Origin: Bradymonadales bacterium
GTDB lineage: Bacteria; Bdellovibrionota; UBA2394
Length of the DNA stretch: 41,811 nucleotides
Assembly: GCA_007693605.1 (NCBI GenBank)
Contig: REDG01000031.1
Span: forward strand, 1-41,811
Reading direction: 5' to 3'
The position numbers and the translations under genes were made by a program. The notes below the pieces were generated by a model that was not told where the DNA came from, did not search any database, and saw only the letters and a program-made list of their open reading frames with translations. The first letter of the stretch is position 1; the number at the start of each line of letters is the position of its first letter. Shown piece by piece: positions 37,367-41,811 of this stretch.

Positions 37367-37888
37367 TTGTCTTGCACTCAGGTGGAGCCACTGGGGATAA
37401 TCAGTCGTGTGAAGCTTCTGAATCTGAAGGTAGGCTTTATTCTTTGGGCGGTCTTTAGCTTCTGCTCCTTAATTCATTCATTTGTTAGCGGTAGTTTCGA
37501 TCAACTCCTATATCAATTCATCGAGGCTTTGGGGCCTCTGTCCTTCAATCTGTCCGAAGCAACATTCAAAGTTCTCTCGACTACACTAACTGCTCTGGAG
37601 ATTGGAGTCGTAGGTGTTCTTGTGGCTTGGACGCTCAGGGCAAAAACCCATTTGGCGAAGTGGACAAGCATTGCAGTCTTCGTCGTGTTGACAGCGAACA
37701 ATATCCGCGTTGCTGTGGCATATGATCATGTCTTTCAGACATTGACCTTTTCTGGAGTAGAGACAGGATTTGCGCTCCTTTTCAACTTAGCTTGGTACTA
37801 TCTCGTGCTAGGCACACTTCTGTTTCGCCCAGACAATAATCACCTTAAGAGGGGGCAAGGCCGAACTGCCGAGGCCCTATGTCGGTAA
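37367..37888 (+). CDS. Hypothetical membrane protein (~4 TM); start uncertain (possibly GTG 37409)
   Basis: Four hydrophobic segments. Confidence 0.6.
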   Translation: MSCTQVEPLGIISRVKLLNLKVGFILWAVFSFCSLIHSFVSGSFDQLLYQFIEALGPLSFNLSEATFKVLSTTLTALEIGVVGVLVAWTLRAKTHLAKWTSIAVFVVLTANNIRVAVAYDHVFQTLTFSGVETGFALLFNLAWYYLVLGTLLFRPDNNHLKRGQGRTAEALCR

Positions 37889-38092
37889 CTCCCTGTTCTT
37901 TTGAGCGGTTAGGTCGAAAAGGCGCAGCAGGGGGCTTAGGCTAGAGGATTAGACGGAAGAATGAGGGAACGCCAAGGCGTCGGACACCGAACTACACCGC
38001 ACTCGGCCTTCTACCGAGAGTCAATGAGCTTCAAAACTCAACCGAAGCTCTACGAAATTGAACGAAATGAGCATAAGTGAGATTCGAACATG

Positions 38093-38119
38093 TGGGGACC
38101 GAGAATCCCTCGGCCCCAT
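38093..38119 (-). terminator. GC hairpin just downstream of the flagellin-like gene
   Basis: TGGGGACCGAG-AATCC-CTCGGCCCCA; no clear U-tract. Confidence 0.45.
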
Positions 38120-38127
38120 GCTCGTTC

Positions 38128-39285
38128 TTACTTGCACAACATCTCAGGCAAGCGCGCTTGGATCATCCTTTCTTGAATTTGCGTGATCGATTGATCGATG
38201 ACAGCGAGCGCGTTTTGCGCATTGCTTTGTGTGCTTATGTCGATCGCAGAAAGACCAGTGTGTGGATCAATCGACACCGACAATGAGTCCCTATCATCAA
38301 ACTCAGCAAGAATTGAAAAACCTTCCTTAAAAGTCACATCAAAATCTCTTCCTGATGTTAAAACGATCGAGCCGTTGTAAACTTGCTTGGAGTCTTCGAT
38401 GTTCAAAGCTTCTGCGACATCTCCCTGAGCCTCTAAAACAATGTTTCGGCCATCGGGTGCGTAAAGAACAATACCGTCCGCGCTTCCACTCATAAGTCGA
38501 GCGCGAGTGCCCGTCATAAAAGAAAAGTTATTAATGGTTGTAATGACTTCTGACACATTTTCAAAATAACCAAATATATGGACTCTGTTGATAAGAAGCT
38601 CGCCGGGTTGAACCTCTCGAATGTCCCGAAGTAAATCACGATTGACATCATTCAGCTCAACCACTGTTTGTTCGACATCAGCCATGACGCCAGTCATTGC
38701 AAAAACGGAATTTACTGCCTCCGCAAGACTAACGGAAGAAAATACATGGTAAGGAGGAAGAGAGACAGCATCATTGCTGGTTGAGCTCAGAACATCCTTT
38801 CCATTCACCGAAAGAATATAGGAGGTCTCGCTAGTTGAAATCTCTGGGCGGCGCAATGCAAATCGTTTTACAGCAAGGGCGCCGAACCCATCTCTCTTCA
38901 AAGCGTCGATTGAAAAATCCTGCAAGTAAGCGAAATTCCCGGCAGCTATCTTGATTGGAGTTTTAAATCTGAAACCATCCCTAAGGTAATAGTGTTGATC
39001 TTGGAAAATATCCACAAAATTCGACCCGTTGATGACTCTGAAAGTCTCTTCCAGCCAAGCTTCAAGCTCGTTGTTGAGGAATCCTCTATCTCTACTCGCG
39101 ATAGCGCCGTTGCTAGATTGAATGGCGAGCTCTCTCATTCGCACCAAATTACTGTTTAGTTGAGAGAGACTCCCCATTGCTGCTTGAGAGAACCGAACGG
39201 CCTCTTCGCAATCGAGTTGCTTGCAACCCCCATCAGCCTGAAATGTTAAGCCCACTATCGCAGCAAAGATTAAATTCGATATCAT
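38128..39285 (-). CDS. Flagellin homolog lacking D0 segments, with N-terminal signal peptide
   Basis: ND1 match SQAAMGSLSQLNSNLVRMRELAIQSSNG..DRGFLNNEL; hook-IN-like D2/D3 (AEAVN..TGV.A, DGRNI, GSIVLTS); CD1 match IDISTQSNAQNALAVIDQSITQI; RBS GAGGAGGAGG. Confidence 0.88.
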   Translation of the reverse strand: MISNLIFAAIVGLTFQADGGCKQLDCEEAVRFSQAAMGSLSQLNSNLVRMRELAIQSSNGAIASRDRGFLNNELEAWLEETFRVINGSNFVDIFQDQHYYLRDGFRFKTPIKIAAGNFAYLQDFSIDALKRDGFGALAVKRFALRRPEISTSETSYILSVNGKDVLSSTSNDAVSLPPYHVFSSVSLAEAVNSVFAMTGVMADVEQTVVELNDVNRDLLRDIREVQPGELLINRVHIFGYFENVSEVITTINNFSFMTGTRARLMSGSADGIVLYAPDGRNIVLEAQGDVAEALNIEDSKQVYNGSIVLTSGRDFDVTFKEGFSILAEFDDRDSLSVSIDPHTGLSAIDISTQSNAQNALAVIDQSITQIQERMIQARLPEMLCK

Positions 39286-39646
39286 AAACCCTCCTCCTCT
39301 ATGACAAATTCTGGCTAAGTTTTATGATTGGGTAAATCGTTAATGCTCAAGTCTTTATCCATCAAACGGACAAGATGTCACTTCCGACAGGGAGCGTTGG
39401 GAGTCCGATCATTGAAGCCATTCAAGATGGCGCTTCTTTGAATGAGGTGGCGGCGCTAATCTAGCGCTGAAAGCCAAGTTGTAATAACCTCATATTCGCA
39501 ACGCGGCGCGTTGTCTAGAACTGGTGACGCGTTGCAATGCCAGCTCCAGGCAAACGCCCGCAGACCAAGCTCTTCATCGGTGAATGTTGAACAACCTCTT
39601 CTGCACATAGCTCATCTTCATCAGATCTCAGCATCTCAGACGAAGA

Positions 39647-39943
39647 CTATGCAACCTCTTCAAGGATAACTTTAGTTTTTAGACCAAAAGGCGCTAGATA
39701 TTGATCAAGAGTTTCTCGCGTTGGGCTCACCCTTCCGTTGATCATGCGAGAGATGCTTTTCTCATGAATGCCGGAGACCTCAGAGAATTCCTTTACTCCC
39801 ATTCGTCGAATAGTATGAATGAGGGCATCTTCGATGTCGAGACCATCTTCGCCCTCAATGAGTCCAAGAAAATATTCGCGTGCAAAGCTTTTATCTTTAA
39901 GTTCATCTGCAAGCTGCTCATCGTATGACTTATGTCTTCGCAC
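39647..39943 (-). CDS. HTH antitoxin (HigA / addiction-module antidote type)
   Basis: GTG start after GGAGAG; HTH GVKEFSEVSGIHEKSISRMING..PTRETL; overlaps the toxin stop. Confidence 0.85.
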   Translation of the reverse strand: MRRHKSYDEQLADELKDKSFAREYFLGLIEGEDGLDIEDALIHTIRRMGVKEFSEVSGIHEKSISRMINGRVSPTRETLDQYLAPFGLKTKVILEEVA

Positions 39944-40253
39944 TATAAGCTCTCCAATATTCCTTCGCCAAATCGATGTCCTTTTGCTGACGCCGCTTTG
40001 TTCCGCCATAGAGAAGAATGATGATCTGATTTCTCTTTTCTCCAAAGTAAATCCGATAGCCCGGCCCATAATCCAGTTTGAGCTCGAAAACCCCATCGCC
40101 GAGAGGCTCCACATTCTTCTTTGAGCCGCCCAGCGCGACTCGATCGATGAACGCTCGAATCTTGGCACGCGCAGTGAGATCTTTGATGCTCACAAGCCAG
40201 TCCGTAAAGGGTTGGCCTCCATCCTTCCCTTGATAAACTTTGATTTCCTTCAC
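39930..40253 (-). CDS. RelE/HigB-superfamily toxin (addiction module killer type)
   Basis: PFTDWL, GDGVFELKLDYGPGYRIYF, LLYGGTKRRQQKDI..AKEYW. Confidence 0.92.
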   Translation of the reverse strand: MKEIKVYQGKDGGQPFTDWLVSIKDLTARAKIRAFIDRVALGGSKKNVEPLGDGVFELKLDYGPGYRIYFGEKRNQIIILLYGGTKRRQQKDIDLAKEYWRAYSAKT

Positions 40254-40269
40254 AGCTCACCCCTAAAAG

Positions 40270-40285
40270 GTAACATATGTGTTAC
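40270..40285. promoter_or_regulatory. Operator palindrome upstream of the second TA pair
   Basis: GTAACA-TATG-TGTTAC. Confidence 0.7.
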
Positions 40286-40323
40286 TTTATGTAAACAGGC
40301 CGATAGATCTGTGGAAAGGGCCT

Positions 40324-40656
40324 TCACAGGCCTTCTCCTCGTATCTTGGATAAATAACATGGCTTGAACCATGCATCCAGCCCAACACCAAGCCCCAGCT
40401 GGTCGCGTGTGGAGCAAAGCTCCTTTTCAAAGCCGATGATGCCTCCAAACATGAAGAAACCATCGTCTTGCCACTCTCCTTCGAAGATGCACCAAGTCCA
40501 CCCAGCACAAGTGAGAAAGAGCTTGAAGTAGCAAATGGAGTCTCTCGCATTCTCTTGAGCATAAAGTTTTGGAAGGACAGTCTCCATTTTTTTGGCAACT
40601 TGCAACCAGCTTCCTTGAGGCCTTGAAAGATCGAACGATCGTAATTGTGTTTCCAT
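40324..40656 (-). pseudogene. DUF2958-like protein, apparently degenerate
   Basis: LPKLYAQE..KLF..GWTW..E..FG..GFEKEL..LGL..D.WFKP; the usual GYFSLSEL segment after EL is missing. Confidence 0.55.
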
Positions 40657-40718
40657 TTCTTTCCTGGCCCTGAAGTTCGTAGGGAATTGAGCTTGGGCCA
40701 AGGCCGGTAGCAAGAAGC

Positions 40719-41585
40719 CTAAGGTAAATAGAGTTGGCCTGAGCTCAATGAAGAAAGAAGGCTCCCGCATGCAATATAAGCGGCAGGCGGTATAGAGTAC
40801 GCGACAAGAAGAAAGACAGAAAGACTAACGGGCTGGTCAAAACCCTCCAACTCAAACCCAGCCTTTCTTGAGTTGTTGCTTAAGTAGACTAGCACAAAAC
40901 TTCCCCCGAAAACGGTGATGTAATGAATCGTAGAAAATGGCTGCCAAGGGATTCTGGCTGAACCTTGACCTGTCACTTGAGATAGATGGTGAAAGAAAAG
41001 AAATGGACCAAAAACTCCAGTTAACATTCCAAGCAATGTAGGAATATCTCTTCTCAAATGGTACCAAAGGAATTCTTTCCATTTTGTTTTCTTTGTTGCG
41101 ATTTCTCGGCCAACGCTATCTGCGCGAGGGAGAAGTTCATCTTCAAAATTGAATTGACGGAGAACTCCATCACCAGTCTTCAATGTTGATCTCAGATCAC
41201 GAAGTACATCAGAAAAAAGTCCTGAAAGCCCATCAAACCAAAAGATTGGAACTCTCTGATAAGGTCTTGTGTTCAAAAAATCAACGATGGATTCAACGGC
41301 TGATACACGATAGGCGTAATCTGGGGGTAAGTACTCTAAGTAGAAAGTGTCTTTCGTTTGAGGAAAGAAAAGAAAAAGATCTCCAGAGTCGAAACGCCCC
41401 AAGATGAGTTCTGAATCACGAGATTCATCAAGTATCTGCAAGATAACTGGGTTGGACGCCGCGCCACCATCCGCCATTGCAGGCCCTTCTGAAACCAGCA
41501 TGAATTGTGCAACACACAGAATAAAAGATACAGCTGATCTCGAAGGAGGGGCCACAAAGACCGCCACCAATTTCGATGAAAACAC
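40719..41585 (-). CDS. Hypothetical protein, exported N-terminal region with C-terminal TM helices
   Basis: Hydrophobic N-terminus ending PAMA; about three C-terminal hydrophobic segments. Confidence 0.6.
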   Translation of the reverse strand: MFSSKLVAVFVAPPSRSAVSFILCVAQFMLVSEGPAMADGGAASNPVILQILDESRDSELILGRFDSGDLFLFFPQTKDTFYLEYLPPDYAYRVSAVESIVDFLNTRPYQRVPIFWFDGLSGLFSDVLRDLRSTLKTGDGVLRQFNFEDELLPRADSVGREIATKKTKWKEFLWYHLRRDIPTLLGMLTGVFGPFLFFHHLSQVTGQGSARIPWQPFSTIHYITVFGGSFVLVYLSNNSRKAGFELEGFDQPVSLSVFLLVAYSIPPAAYIACGSLLSSLSSGQLYLP

Positions 41586-41811
41586 TAAAAGACACTAAAG
41601 AATATGCGTTGAAACTTCCAGCTCGACATACTGCTTAAACTAAACTAAGCGATACTTTTAGACCTTCCAACCAAAAGGGAGAAGGCTGAGCCGATGTGTT
41701 ATGGCCTCTCAGGCCAGTTTCTCCGGGCTCTTCAGTGATAGAGGTCGCTTATAATGTGAAGTGCGGGCGTTTGACTGGAGCGGGTAACACTTAGGGATTA
41801 GGGCCGGTTCA

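Noticed and set aside
37117..37377. 86-aa minus-strand ORF
   Set aside because: No recognisable motif or RBS; cannot be supported
37860..37914. Integron attC site (GCCGAAC...GTTAGGT)
   Set aside because: No complementary L boxes, too short, no similar sites after neighbouring genes and no intI
39286..39400. Sigma28 promoter or frameshifted D0-coding sequence upstream of the flagellin homolog
   Set aside because: No TAAA-N15-GCCGATAA seen, and the in-frame upstream codons do not resemble D0; other frames were checked only loosely
39944..40168. N-terminal extension of the antitoxin ORF
   Set aside because: Lies within the toxin gene; an RBS supports the GTG at 39943
50..41598. Many short antisense or alternate-frame ORFs in the track (e.g. 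50-268, 14804-15322, 16774-17349, 34931-35530)
   Set aside because: Shadow ORFs overlapping well-supported genes, with no motifs of their own

Overview
Bacterial chromosomal window, probably from a deltaproteobacterial / Bdellovibrionota-type organism (inferred from sucCD-ndk-rlmN synteny, an AgmX/PglI-type domain and a Desulfovibrio-type Zur box). Positions 1-35.9 kb are mostly core genes: sucCD-ndk-rlmN, an RNase G/E with an acidic tail, rplU-rpmA-obgE-(orf)-nadD-rsfS-rlmH, etfB-etfA-fadF-fadD, a six-gene operon with a candidate Zur box (two unknown exported proteins, an outer-membrane barrel, ZnuACB), proC, a patatin, a GNAT-nitrilase fusion, cysS and a Fur-boxed Fe3+ ABC transporter. From about 36.2 kb there is an accessory region with two toxin-antitoxin pairs flanking the most unusual gene: an orphan flagellin homolog lacking both D0 segments, with a Sec-type signal peptide and terminal cysteines that may staple its coiled coil. 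A ~124-bp MITE-like repeat family has six whole or partial copies. One copy sits in the 3' end of obgE between 7-bp direct repeats, two supply stop codons, and two ends bracket the GNAT-nitrilase gene as inverted repeats. All calls are by eye; no searches were run.
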